Part shown: in pieces, positions 43,459 to 54,100 of the stretch
Layout: every line of letters begins with the position of its first letter
Position numbering within the stretch: the stretch's first letter is position 1
Assembly: GCA_039189765.1 (NCBI GenBank)
Contig: JBCCYL010000009.1
Coordinates: 1 to 64,000, forward strand
Source: Cyanobacteria bacterium P01_F01_bin.150
GTDB taxonomy: Bacteria; Cyanobacteriota; Cyanobacteriia; CAKZMO01
Reading direction: 5' to 3'
Length of the DNA: 64,000 nt
Program-made: the position numbers and the translations under genes
Notes under the pieces: model-generated
What the model was told of the DNA's origin: nothing
The model's input: the letters and a program-made list of their open reading frames with translations, nothing else
Database searches by the model: none

Positions 43459-43593
43459 TAGTGTGGGCGCGTCGCGCCCACACCACCGTTAATTCTATTT
43501 CGCCTTGAAACGAAACCCAAACATTAAACGGTTTAAGCTTTAAGCTGAAAAGAATTTAACGGGATGCTGGGGCGCGTCGCGCCCCAGCATCCC
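43459..43593 (-). repeat. REP-like element plus a second related GC hairpin
   Basis: 43459-43518 is a reverse copy of the 3196 element; 43561-43593 is GGGATGCTGGGGCGCG-T-CGCGCCCCAGCATCCC. Confidence 0.85.
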
Positions 43594-43615
43594 GCCTTAA
43601 AATACAAGCCAAACA

Positions 43616-44893
43616 TCAAACAGAATCGGGGATCATAGATGCGTATGCTGGGTTCAAATTAAAATAGCCCAAATACTTTGCATTTAAGGCAAGGGCCACA
43701 TTCATATGATCGAATGCTGCCATTAACCACTGGAGCTGTTCATTTTCCGTATTAAAAAATTGATGGTAGAGATAGGCAAATCGCTTTTCCAACTCAAACC
43801 GGACTCGTTTACAGCTCAGCACAATATTAATCAAAAGACTGGTGACCAAATTAGAACCGACAGCCTCAAGCAAATAGTAAAAAGAATTTCCAGCATTGCT
43901 GCCATCACTGACAAGGGTATTTATCAGACGGCTAAACATTTGAATTCTGACCACCTGGGTTAGGGGAACGTTTGTCTGAAAATCAGCCATCGCAACCTGA
44001 AATAGTTGTTCAAATCGACGCTGACACCTTGGCCCTACATTTGAAACGGGCTGTACCACATGGTCAAGCAAGATCTGCTTAAATTCTCCAGCAGAGCGGA
44101 CATGTCGAGTACTTGCTTGGAAGTACTCGGCCTGATTCTTGAAACTATTGGAGCGTTTGGGACGATATAGGTTAATTGCGCCCAGCAAATCCTGATCGGA
44201 TAGGTGAGTTGGATTGATATTCGTCGCGACATCTATGTGTTGCGATCGCACATAAAATTGGTTTAGCTCTTGACCAAACTGCTTGAGTCTTTGATTACGC
44301 TTATATAAAATGCCCTGGTTTAGATGGGTCGCAGTATTGCTGATATCGGGCGTTTGAGTTCCTGCCTCATAGAGGAAAAAATAATCCTGAAATAAATCCC
44401 CAAAGTAGCGCTCCTGAGGAGACTCATTTTCTGCATACTCATCAGTGCCATAGGGATTATCAATCAGTCTTAGATGCCTCTTTAGTACGGCATAACGCTC
44501 ATCTTGCTGATAGGTTTGAATCGCGGTCCGTAATTTGCGAATTACCCGATTTTGGGCACGGTTTGCAGGCATATCTTCCAGCCAGAGAATCAGCCGAGTT
44601 AGGGCTTCTCCCCGATCGGTCTTCATATGCCAAAGATTAGTCAAGGTATAGTAACAACGATTGATAATATTAAGGCTCTGCTGTTCAAAGTCAGGAGCCA
44701 TAACAACGGCTTTCAATGCATTGGCGACAGTTTCGTTGGGATGGGCGTTCCCATTCCATAACAATCGATAAAAGCGCTCAATGGCATTATCATCATCAAG
44801 ATGCGCTAAGTCTCGGATATAGGTGTAGAGATCGCGTTGCTCAAGTGTGTCCGGTCGAGTCGGGTAGGAAGCGGTCGTATCGAATAGGTACAT
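43616..44893 (-). CDS. Conserved all-helical cyanobacterial hypothetical protein
   Basis: INRCYYTLTNLW, NPTHLSD, IVLSC...LEKRFAYLY, WL...DHMNVALA resemble a family I recall from filamentous cyanobacteria; start placed at the ATG at 44893. Confidence 0.65.
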   Translation of the reverse strand: MYLFDTTASYPTRPDTLEQRDLYTYIRDLAHLDDDNAIERFYRLLWNGNAHPNETVANALKAVVMAPDFEQQSLNIINRCYYTLTNLWHMKTDRGEALTRLILWLEDMPANRAQNRVIRKLRTAIQTYQQDERYAVLKRHLRLIDNPYGTDEYAENESPQERYFGDLFQDYFFLYEAGTQTPDISNTATHLNQGILYKRNQRLKQFGQELNQFYVRSQHIDVATNINPTHLSDQDLLGAINLYRPKRSNSFKNQAEYFQASTRHVRSAGEFKQILLDHVVQPVSNVGPRCQRRFEQLFQVAMADFQTNVPLTQVVRIQMFSRLINTLVSDGSNAGNSFYYLLEAVGSNLVTSLLINIVLSCKRVRFELEKRFAYLYHQFFNTENEQLQWLMAAFDHMNVALALNAKYLGYFNLNPAYASMIPDSV

Positions 44894-45091
44894 GCCCTGA
44901 ACGGTCCTAGCTAATGGGGGTATAGATAATATATGGTAGAAATAGAAACGAGAAAGAATGACCAAAGCCAATTCTTGAAGCGTATCAATTCCGGACTATG
45001 CATCCGGTTTGACGAGCAAATTCGACGAATGAAGATGTGACTCCAATCACCGCAATTTAAGATATTGATACCACGGTGACATAGTGACAAG

Positions 45092-48000
45092 CTATGGCAT
45101 GTGCAAATTTCTTAACTGTCCCCTAGCCTGAGAGGAGGGGAAGGACGCCGTTTGCAATTGCTTCTTTTCTATCTCAGACAGTCCTTGTACCTGCTGAAGA
45201 TTGATAGACAAAGGCACAGGCGCTTTATCCAGTGTACCCTTCACCAAAATATTAGTCTCAGATAACGCGCTACCAGGAGCACCATTTTGCTGCTTGTTAC
45301 CCAGACTTGCCACTTGCCAAATTAGTTCCCGCTGCTCCAAATTAAATATTTGGATTTGCATTCCCTGAGCAACCAGCATTAAGCGACCCGCGCTACAGGT
45401 TGTCAATACAGTCCCATAGCAATTGGACCGTTGAATAACGCGATAAGCCCCCGTTTGCCAATTCCAGCAAAAAAGGCTACCATCGCCGTTCTGACTGAGG
45501 CTACTGCCGGAAAGATAGGAGCCATTTGGGTCAAAACTCAGCCCCGTTAGTTGCCCAGAAGGTCGTTTCCATGAGACGACGCCAGTGTCTCTATTTATAA
45601 ACAGGGGGTCAGTATGCTCAATCTGTTCAACAACAGCTTCTCTGCGCACTTTGATGTAGGTAGACATTGGGTCCGCTTCTGCCCGCAATTGTCCATTCCA
45701 GGTCCAGCGCATATCCCAACAAAGATTTATCCCTACGGGCCACTCTTGATAGGATGGTGCTGAACGCGGCCAAGGCCGTAAATCCCAAATCAAGCCCTGA
45801 TTACTCTCACAAATACTCATTAATGCACAGCCATCAGGACTAAACGCAAGATGGCTAATCGCATTTCTATGGGCGATAAGAGGCTGGGGGCGATCGCCAT
45901 CAGCTCTGGCACCGATACCTGAACACATATCGTCCCACAGCACAATTGCACCGTTGGTCAAGCCAATAGCAATCCGGCCAATGGAACTTTGGACGATACA
46001 GCTAAAGGGAGCAGATAGAGAGGTCAATAGGGTTGGAGGCGTTGCATCATCCACCCACCATGAATAGACTCGCTGCTGACCCACTACGATCAGCGTATTT
46101 TGATCTTGAAAAACCAACTTCTCAATGGCTATCGATGGCTCTGCAGGAGGTTGCAGCGTTTTTTGTCCTGATGATTCTTGCTCTGACGCGGCTGTGGGTG
46201 GAAGATGGGCGATCGCTTTCAGCCGAAAGGTCCCTTCATTATGCTGCCAATAAAATAGTGCCCCAGCCTCATCTCCAATGGCGATCGCATTCCCCTTTGG
46301 CGTCATTGCTGCGGTCAATCGTCCGGTGAGATTTAAGGGCAAAAGGACATTTTGAAACCAGCACCCAGTAAAGTCCACCTGATGTAAATTGGCCTGTCGC
46401 AAATCCACATGCCGAATTGCTAGCCCTCTTAAATCAAATTCGGCTAGCGGCAGTTTTAGCGTGATGGCTAAATTCAGCAAATTGCTGGTGGCATACCCGC
46501 TCCTCAAGGTTGGATCAGCTTGGACAATCTTAAGCCAAGACTGTAGACGTTCAATCTGCTGCTGTTGAAATAATCCTTGGCGAAACTGGTGAGCGATGGC
46601 GATCCATAGCTTTTTATGGAGCCAATTCTGTCGCTCTGCTGACGCTGCACCGTGGAGCAACGGAAATGTATGTAGAGCTTGAAGGCTGGCAATGGGGCTA
46701 TCAACTATCTGTGGGGTCTGAGCTTTTAGCAGATCGGTGATGATTGCTTGCACCAGATGCTGGGCCAAAATATGGGCAAGGATGGGTGGGTTGATTCGAT
46801 ACCTCTGGTCACTGTCTTGACGGACTAAACAACGCTGCTCTAGAGAGACCAATGCCGATTCCCATTCTAAAGCCGACATATTTGGACTCTCAAGTTGGCG
46901 AATATCTTGGTATGAGAATGGTTTGAGTAGTAGCCAACACAGTAGCTGATATTCCTCTGGGGCAAGATTTACCAATACTTGGCTAAGGATAGTCACTAAC
47001 GATCGGTGGAGGGAGGGGTCGGCGATAAAATGCCGAATATTGGCAATATGCGATCGCTCCAGGGCCGTTGCTTCCACCAACAGCCAAGCTGGATTGCCTC
47101 CACAAAATTCTACAAACAGCTCCCAATTAGCATTGTCCCACTCTGCACCGGATGCAGCGGTGTCGGCTGAGTTAGAGAGGGGATCAGAGGGAGAATTAGG
47201 GGGACTAGGAGAAATAGAGGAGCTAGATATAGGGTCGAGTTGGCGCGATCGCAACAATAGAGCAGCATCTGGGACCTGAAGTCCTGTAACTTGATGGACC
47301 TTTAGCATCCCGTATTGAGCATTAAAGCACCCTGGTGGCTGTCGTCCCACCCAAATCAAACAGCCATAGCCTGACGGGGAATTTAGAAGAGACTTGAGCC
47401 ACTTTTCATAGCCACTGAACTCAGAACGGAAGCAACCCGCCAGTTGCTGGGATGCATAGAATTTGTCAGTGTGGTCAATCACCAGCAAAATCCGACACGA
47501 TTGCAACATTGCTACCAGGGCTGGAATGACGCTGGTATCGTCGGTTGTAGCCGGAACTGCAAAATTCAAGAATTGGTCGTTTCCATCTTTGGAGAGCTGG
47601 TGTCGAATTCTTTGATATAGATGCCCCAGAGTCATAACATTCGCGGCTTCATACCGCACTATGATATTGAAGTCGGCTCGAATTCGTTGCATTAGGGCAT
47701 GGGTAAAGTAAGTTTTCCCAATTCTCGCAGCTCCGCCGATAAACACGACTCGATGTCTCTGCTGAATGGCCTGAGACACGTCGTCTAAATCGGCTTTCCA
47801 AGTCTGAAATGGGAGCAAGTCATGGGGAACTTGATTGTTGGGATCGGATAATTTAGCCTGTTCTGGCTCCTCTTCTGGTTTGCGTGTACTGCGAATATCT
47901 GGTTCCGAAACATGGGTTTCAGCCTGGTGATGGTTGTACCAGTCCACTAACTTTCGGGGGCAGTTGTTTTTTCGAATGTCTTCCCCCAAAGCATTGCTTA

Positions 48001-48223
48001 AGCGTTTAAAGACCTGATAGCCATCGTTTTTCAGCGTTTTCCATTTGTAACGACCGTAGCCGGAATCTTTCAGGGAGTCGGGCATTTTCTCATAGGGTGG
48101 ATTCGAGTTACAAAGACAGGAATACAGCACTGCACGCTGGCTTGCAGGCAGGGCTTTACCATCCTTCTGCTGCAAATGACGCTCCACCTTATCCAAAAGT
48201 GCCTCAGCCTTTTCTCGTTCCAT
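45092..48223 (-). CDS. STAND (NB-ARC-like) NTPase with N-terminal HTH-like domain and C-terminal WD40 repeats
   Basis: Walker A GAARIGKT, Walker B LLVIDH, GGNP (GxP) motif, SLEQRCLV, pentapeptide-like linker, AHRNAISHLAFSPDG...IWD. Confidence 0.85.
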   Translation of the reverse strand: MEREKAEALLDKVERHLQQKDGKALPASQRAVLYSCLCNSNPPYEKMPDSLKDSGYGRYKWKTLKNDGYQVFKRLSNALGEDIRKNNCPRKLVDWYNHHQAETHVSEPDIRSTRKPEEEPEQAKLSDPNNQVPHDLLPFQTWKADLDDVSQAIQQRHRVVFIGGAARIGKTYFTHALMQRIRADFNIIVRYEAANVMTLGHLYQRIRHQLSKDGNDQFLNFAVPATTDDTSVIPALVAMLQSCRILLVIDHTDKFYASQQLAGCFRSEFSGYEKWLKSLLNSPSGYGCLIWVGRQPPGCFNAQYGMLKVHQVTGLQVPDAALLLRSRQLDPISSSSISPSPPNSPSDPLSNSADTAASGAEWDNANWELFVEFCGGNPAWLLVEATALERSHIANIRHFIADPSLHRSLVTILSQVLVNLAPEEYQLLCWLLLKPFSYQDIRQLESPNMSALEWESALVSLEQRCLVRQDSDQRYRINPPILAHILAQHLVQAIITDLLKAQTPQIVDSPIASLQALHTFPLLHGAASAERQNWLHKKLWIAIAHQFRQGLFQQQQIERLQSWLKIVQADPTLRSGYATSNLLNLAITLKLPLAEFDLRGLAIRHVDLRQANLHQVDFTGCWFQNVLLPLNLTGRLTAAMTPKGNAIAIGDEAGALFYWQHNEGTFRLKAIAHLPPTAASEQESSGQKTLQPPAEPSIAIEKLVFQDQNTLIVVGQQRVYSWWVDDATPPTLLTSLSAPFSCIVQSSIGRIAIGLTNGAIVLWDDMCSGIGARADGDRPQPLIAHRNAISHLAFSPDGCALMSICESNQGLIWDLRPWPRSAPSYQEWPVGINLCWDMRWTWNGQLRAEADPMSTYIKVRREAVVEQIEHTDPLFINRDTGVVSWKRPSGQLTGLSFDPNGSYLSGSSLSQNGDGSLFCWNWQTGAYRVIQRSNCYGTVLTTCSAGRLMLVAQGMQIQIFNLEQRELIWQVASLGNKQQNGAPGSALSETNILVKGTLDKAPVPLSINLQQVQGLSEIEKKQLQTASFPSSQARGQLRNLHMP

Positions 48224-48274
48224 GATCCTGAACCAGATTCACACCCCATTAGTCAGGTAGTGTATCGCAGAAAA

Positions 48275-48450
48275 ACTGACTTTTCATGACTTTTACTGAC
48301 TTTCTTGATGGTTGTTAATGACTTTTGAGGCTGAAATCAGGGTGAAAACTGACAAATGCTGACTAGAAAAGGCCAAAACTGCCTTTTATGACTGTGAAAA
48401 CCCCTTATTTTATAGTCATAAAAAGACTATAAAAAGTGCCTGACTATTTT
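48275..48450. promoter_or_regulatory. Phased TGAC(T) direct-repeat array, putative operator
   Basis: TGAC at 48277, 48287, 48297, 48319, 48350, 48360, 48389 and 48441, several 10 bp apart. Confidence 0.5.
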
Positions 48451-48489
48451 TCTTGAATCCTTTTTGCAGAACGGATAGAACATATTCAG

Positions 48490-48560
48490 GCCCCATAAAT
48501 AGCCCCCATAAGTAGCCCCTAGGTAAGTAGCCCCTGGTCAACGCCCCCATGAGTAGCCCC
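48490..48560. repeat. (AGTA)GCCCC direct-repeat array
   Basis: GCCCC at 48490, 48502, 48515, 48530, 48543 and 48556. Confidence 0.7.
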
Positions 48561-48647
48561 AAAATGCTTGGAATTGGCTTTTTCCTGTAGCCTATTGCCC
48601 CCTCCAAGCATTTCAAAAAAACAATTGATGATTAAACGGAGTTCCTG

Positions 48648-48914
48648 ATGACTGTATTTAATGTCCTAAAACGAAGATGCGATCGCGCTTCTCGTTCTCC
48701 TCAAAAGTCTAATCCAAGTCGGAGTTTATTATTCCCAGAAGGCGATCGCGCTGTCGTTCTACAATCCATTGAACCGGACCATCTTGGCCGCATTTCCTAT
48801 CAAGGTACCCACTGGTTTGCCTGCGGTATAAATGATGTTTATATCCCGGAAAATACGCTAGTAAAAGTGCTCAGTCGTCGAGGTACTACTTGGTTAGTGC
48901 AACCCATTGACTGA
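48648..48914 (+). CDS. Stand-alone NfeD-like C-terminal OB-fold protein
   Basis: GRISYQGTHWFA...IPENTLVKVLSRRGTTWLV. Confidence 0.8.
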   Translation: MTVFNVLKRRCDRASRSPQKSNPSRSLLFPEGDRAVVLQSIEPDHLGRISYQGTHWFACGINDVYIPENTLVKVLSRRGTTWLVQPID

Positions 48915-49295
48915 TTAAATTATCAATATTCGGCAGCTAAATTCTGTATGAAGTTTAGGCTGAATTTTTATCTAGCCTCAACCTCAACCTCAACATCAGA
49001 AGTCGTGTGTTCATGATGTTTCCTATACTACCTATTTCTTTGCTTGGATGCTGATAATCCATACTCAACCGCCAAGTTAAAGTGGGTCACGCCACTATGG
49101 AGAAATATGTATTTCAAGGACTCCAATGCAAAGCAGAACAATCTTGAGAATGATGATATGACGATGCGCACTATTTACCATCTTACTTTAGCCGCTTAGT
49201 ACAGAACTTTTCAGAAATTAAATTAGCCTCATCATTTCTGTAATCACATTAAATTCAAATTCTCAAAGACATTCATCGACCTTCACATAAAGAGC

Positions 49296-50387
49296 ATGAA
49301 AAAATCAATCAAAAAAATCACAAAATTATCTGAAAGTAATTTTTTGAATTTAGATAATAGCCCTAATTTATTCAAAGAAAATATATATTTATATTTAACA
49401 ATTGTTTCAGCATCTTGCTTGAGCATATTTCTGCCATCAATATTATTATTTCTATTTAAACATAATTTTGACTGTGATAGATATGCTAAAATCACTCTAG
49501 ATGCAAACTATAAATTTGCATCTATACTTGGCAATATATGCATTATAATCATATTTTTCAGAAATAAAAAAATAGCAAAAGAAACTATTAGAAATCTCAG
49601 AAAAATATTATTTGGATTACTTTCTTTAATCACATTGATTTCATTTTCAAAACTTAGCTTTTCATCTTACATGGAAGGAAATTTTATTGATAAATCAAGC
49701 TCATTTCATATATCAATATTTTTTGTTTTTTCGGAATTGTCATTGCTAATTGTTATTTGGAAACTAGAATTTCTATTTGCCTTAAAATCAAAGAAGAAAG
49801 ATAATTTAGTGTCAAACCAACATAATTTTTTGCCTGTTCAGGAAAATTTATTTCGCTTGCCATTCAAAGTGGGTTCATTCTTTTGTTACAAATACATACT
49901 CATGATTCTTAATATTTTTCTGAATATGATGAAAAATATAGAGAAAAATAAATTTCAAAAGCGCACAGAAGAGGTAATAGAGATGTTTCAATATATTGTG
50001 ATAAACTTTATTATCAGTATGATCCCCTTTTTGATAGATTTGTTCCTTAGTTTTTCACTCTCAAATATAAAGCCACTTGGGAGAATTGTTGGCCTTAATG
50101 ATTTATATCTGATCCCTGCGGCTTTTGGTGCAGTTGAAGTCGCCTCGCAAATTTCGTCAAATAATGAGCTTAAAACCGAGGCCACCCGTTTTATGAAGAG
50201 ATTTCTTATTTTTGCAGTATGGATGGTTTCTTTGATTTCATTTTCACTATTTGCCTTTGGTTGTAATGAAAAAGCTTATGAGGATATGAATGAGCCTTTT
50301 GTCTATGCGATTGTAGGTAGTCTATATTGTATTATTGCTGTTTTAATTGTTGCGTTAAAATCTTTGGCTATAAGAGAGATTGAATAG
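49296..50387 (+). CDS. AT-rich hypothetical polytopic membrane protein
   Basis: 363-aa ORF with many hydrophobic segments; visibly far more AT-rich than its neighbours; no HIP1 sites. Confidence 0.6.
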   Translation: MKKSIKKITKLSESNFLNLDNSPNLFKENIYLYLTIVSASCLSIFLPSILLFLFKHNFDCDRYAKITLDANYKFASILGNICIIIIFFRNKKIAKETIRNLRKILFGLLSLITLISFSKLSFSSYMEGNFIDKSSSFHISIFFVFSELSLLIVIWKLEFLFALKSKKKDNLVSNQHNFLPVQENLFRLPFKVGSFFCYKYILMILNIFLNMMKNIEKNKFQKRTEEVIEMFQYIVINFIISMIPFLIDLFLSFSLSNIKPLGRIVGLNDLYLIPAAFGAVEVASQISSNNELKTEATRFMKRFLIFAVWMVSLISFSLFAFGCNEKAYEDMNEPFVYAIVGSLYCIIAVLIVALKSLAIREIE

Positions 50388-50465
50388 CTTGATACGGTCC
50401 GTATATTTCCTATTTATGTAGTCTGTTAAGCATAAATTGTTGAAATTTGAAAAGTTTATTGCCCT

Positions 50466-50581
50466 GGCAACTAGAAGTTGCAGCTACACAAACGAAGTCC
50501 ACCTCCGTGGACTAGGTGTATCAAGGATTCTGACAACCCGCGTAGGCGGGTTTTGTTCGTATAGCCGCAATTTCAATTGCC
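50466..50581. mobile_element. MITE/REPIN-like element with long imperfect terminal inverted repeats
   Basis: Left arm GGCAACTAGAAGTTGCAGCTACACAAACGAAGTCCACCTCCGTGG pairs with right arm CCCGCGTAGGCGGGTTTTGTTCGTATAGCCGCAATTTCAATTGCC. Confidence 0.7.
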
Positions 50582-51135
50582 AGGAGGGCTTGATCAGTAG
50601 CCACTGTATTTTTACGTACAGAAAAATGTTTTGAAAGGTAGTTTTTAATAAGTCGCCAAATGCACAATGTATCAATTTTACGTATGAAGTATTGCGTAGG
50701 GTATAAACACTCATAAAGCACCGTTTCTTATTTTTATCAAAAACTTAATAATACGTTATGAAAACTTAAGCAATATAGTATGTTCAACGACAGATTGCGA
50801 TCGCACAAGGGATTGATTTATCGCTGTTCGCTAAGGACGATGACAACTCTAGCGTATCAGTACTTTATCATTAAAAAATATCTTACTGTTTATTTTGCTT
50901 GCATATAAATATTCAATCTAAATCGGCGAATTGACTGTTTACTTAAACACATAAAAAACTATAGGATTTGGGATATACTTTACTCTACTTTACTTTCTTC
51001 TTAAGTGTTTGTTGCAGTAAAGACGTGAAGGCCATCCTCTAGCTGCTACTGAATATTGCATGCATATTAGTGGATGCACTTAGGAATAAGAGTGGCCGGG
51101 GATTTTATGTTTTTATTCAGGATACGCATCTTACT

Positions 51136-54100
51136 ATGTCTCAATATTATCTCGGGGTTAATCTCGGCCATGAACGATCGGCCGCCCTTGTCAAAGATGG
51201 AAAGATTCTGGTTGCTATCGAGCAGGAAAGGTTAGATCGGCAGAAATATAGTATAGGGTTTATGCTGCAAGCGCCCGGCATTCCATCCCGCATGCAGCCT
51301 CCCAATCAAGCAATTCGTTACTGTTTAGACAGCTGCGGGATCACCCTGGATGATCTGGCTGCGATTACCGCAAATATGCCCGGTTATGATTTTGCTCCGG
51401 ACATCATGCGAAATCATTTTCCCGCAGATATTGCCGATAAAGTAAACGCTATTCCTAGCCATCATCTTGCCCATGCCTATTCAGCCTATTGGCCCTCAGG
51501 TTTTGATCAAGCGCTAGTCCTTGTCGCTGATGCTACAGGCAGTACGGATCAGGCTCATTGTACTGAATCTTACAGTCTGTATTTAGGAGATGGTCAGAGA
51601 TTAACCACTCTCCACAGTGAAACGGTCGCAGCCCATCTTGCCGGGCTATCAACGCTAGGCTTTGTTTATGAATATGTCACTCGCAAAGCGGGTTTCGTCA
51701 CCACAGTGGGAAATACCAAAATTAGCCATGCCGAAGCCGGTAAGCTGATGGGGTTGGCTCCGTTCGGTGGTGAGCAGATCAATTTTCATCGCTGGCTTAA
51801 AACCATTGAAAACAGCTACAGCCTCTCTATTTCTCCTTACGATATCTTTCTAGAAATTGCAGCACTGGAAAAAAAGTATGACACAGGAGAAGGGAAGCCC
51901 TATTTGCGTCCCTATCTGGTGGACTTAGCGTATAAGGTGCAGGATGAACTCGAAAAGGCATTGCAGCACATTGTCCAAGTTGCCATGGACAAGACCGGAT
52001 TGAAAAAGCTCTGCATCGCTGGCGGCGTCGGCCTAAATTCCGTAGCAAACTACAAGATTTTTCAAAATTTGGGATTGGAGGATATTTTTATCTTCCCCGC
52101 TGCTGGAGATAATGGCATTGCGGCAGGTGCTGCTTTATGGGCCTATGCCAATCAAGGTGGCGGTAAGCGGCCCAAACTAACCCAAGCAACCCTGGGCCAT
52201 GCCTACAGCCCATCCCTGGTCGATCAGGCCGTCCAAGAATTTGATGAAGCGATCGATGCGGAGGTCCTGTCCCCTGCTGAGATGCTGGAACGCAGCGCTC
52301 AGGCTCTGGCCAAGGGTCACATTGTGGCCCGGTTTGAAGGCGGTTCTGAGTATGGTCCCCGCGCCCTAGGCCATCGATCTATTATGGTGGACCCCACCTA
52401 TAAAAGGATGCGTGACATTGTTAATGCTAGGGTCAAGTTTCGAGAGGCTTTCCGGCCCTTCGCTCCAGTCATTCCCCGTGAGTGTGTCTCCGAGGTCTTT
52501 GAACTAGAGGCGGACTCTCCATTTATGCTGCTGGTTGCTCCCATTAAGCAAGAAGTGCAGGAGCAAATTCCCGCTGTCACCCACGTAGATGGGACGGGTC
52601 GTATTCAAACGGTGACAAACGAAGATAATTCCTACTTTTATCAGCTCTGTCATCGCTTAGTGCAATTGCGCCAGGGTCCACCCGTGTTACTCAACACCAG
52701 CTTTAATGTAGCAGGCCAACCCATTGTTGAAACTCCAGCCGAAGCCATTCAGACCTTTCTAAATACGGACATTGACTATCTTGCTGTAGATAACGTTTGG
52801 ATTTCCAAGCGACATGTCCAAGTCCAAAACTATGAGGAGCATCTTTCTAAGGTTAATCCCTCACCCATTCCCCATGGTTTATCACCCAATCAGCCTGCGG
52901 TGACGGACCTAATGGCTCAGCTGGATCAGGCACTATTTTTTGGCCCTCAGGAAAACTGTCCTTGGACGCCGGAAGAACTTAGGGCGCTGTCTGCGCTGGG
53001 CGCACGATATAAAGAAACAAGTGTATTGTTCCCTGAGACTCCATTTATGGGGTCTTTGAGGACAAAGGTAACGGAAGACATTGTATGGGTGCTTGATCCC
53101 CAGGATCGCTCTACTCTGGTTAATCTCTCTCTTCAGGGTAATCTTTCCTTTAAGACGCCCCAAGCGCTACCTGGTCGTCGCATCTCCTATGCCAGTCCTT
53201 CAAACTCTACATCTAATTCCGTAAGTGAGGTTGATCGATTAGAGGTTCGGGATACGGTCCAACTGTCAACCCAGCTTCAAGGCAAAGGCTATCGGCAGCT
53301 ATTACAAAAAGGAACAACTCAAGCGACAGCCTATAGTTTTGATGAGGTCAAACTGTTGATAGCGATGCTCTCTGGGCAGGAGGATTGGCGGGAGCGGATT
53401 CGGGTTGATCTGTGTCTTACTCATGCTGAATTGGAAAGCCATATTGCCTGGGCGGTTGAACAATTGACCCAGTATGGATTACAGCTACCTGAAGATGGGG
53501 CGATCGCCCACCCCTCTGATTCGTCCCTGCCCCCAAGCGTTGCCCAAACCTTAGAACCTTTTAGCAATGAACAGTTTTCCCAACGGCAGCTCTTAGCGGA
53601 GCTGCGATCGCGTCTCCACCATGCCAACTACACTTTGGACAACATTTGCGATCGCCTAAATGTAGAATCCCTACAGGCCATTGAACCCACGCGATTGCAC
53701 TATTACGATCGTTACCTGCTTGGGCAAGCCCTGTTAGATGATCTGATTCGTCTATTTCTGCTGCGGGTTGCTCTACCCAAGTCTCGACTAGAGGACTGTT
53801 TGGGCGTTCAAGTAGTAGAATCCCTGATTCGCCTGGGAGTTATTATTCGTCGTTCCCTCGCCCCATCTGTGGACTCAAATCCATCTGTAGAATCGGCCGA
53901 AGCTGAACTGTGGTCCTCCCGCATCGATCTATTTTGTGTCGATGGTTTATATATTGCCACCGATCATCGATATATGCTGCTGGCAGAAGATCAGATGGAT
54001 GAAAATCCAGTGATGTATGTTGGTGCTGATAGTCAAGGCTTAGTGTACTCGGCCCCACGCTATCCTGCAAAACAGCTTCTCGATTTATGCTGTGGTGGTG

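Noticed and set aside
48275..48602. Repeat arrays as a possible CRISPR array
   Set aside because: Units are 4-9 bp at 10-15 bp spacing, with no 25-45 bp repeats separated by unique spacers and no cas genes
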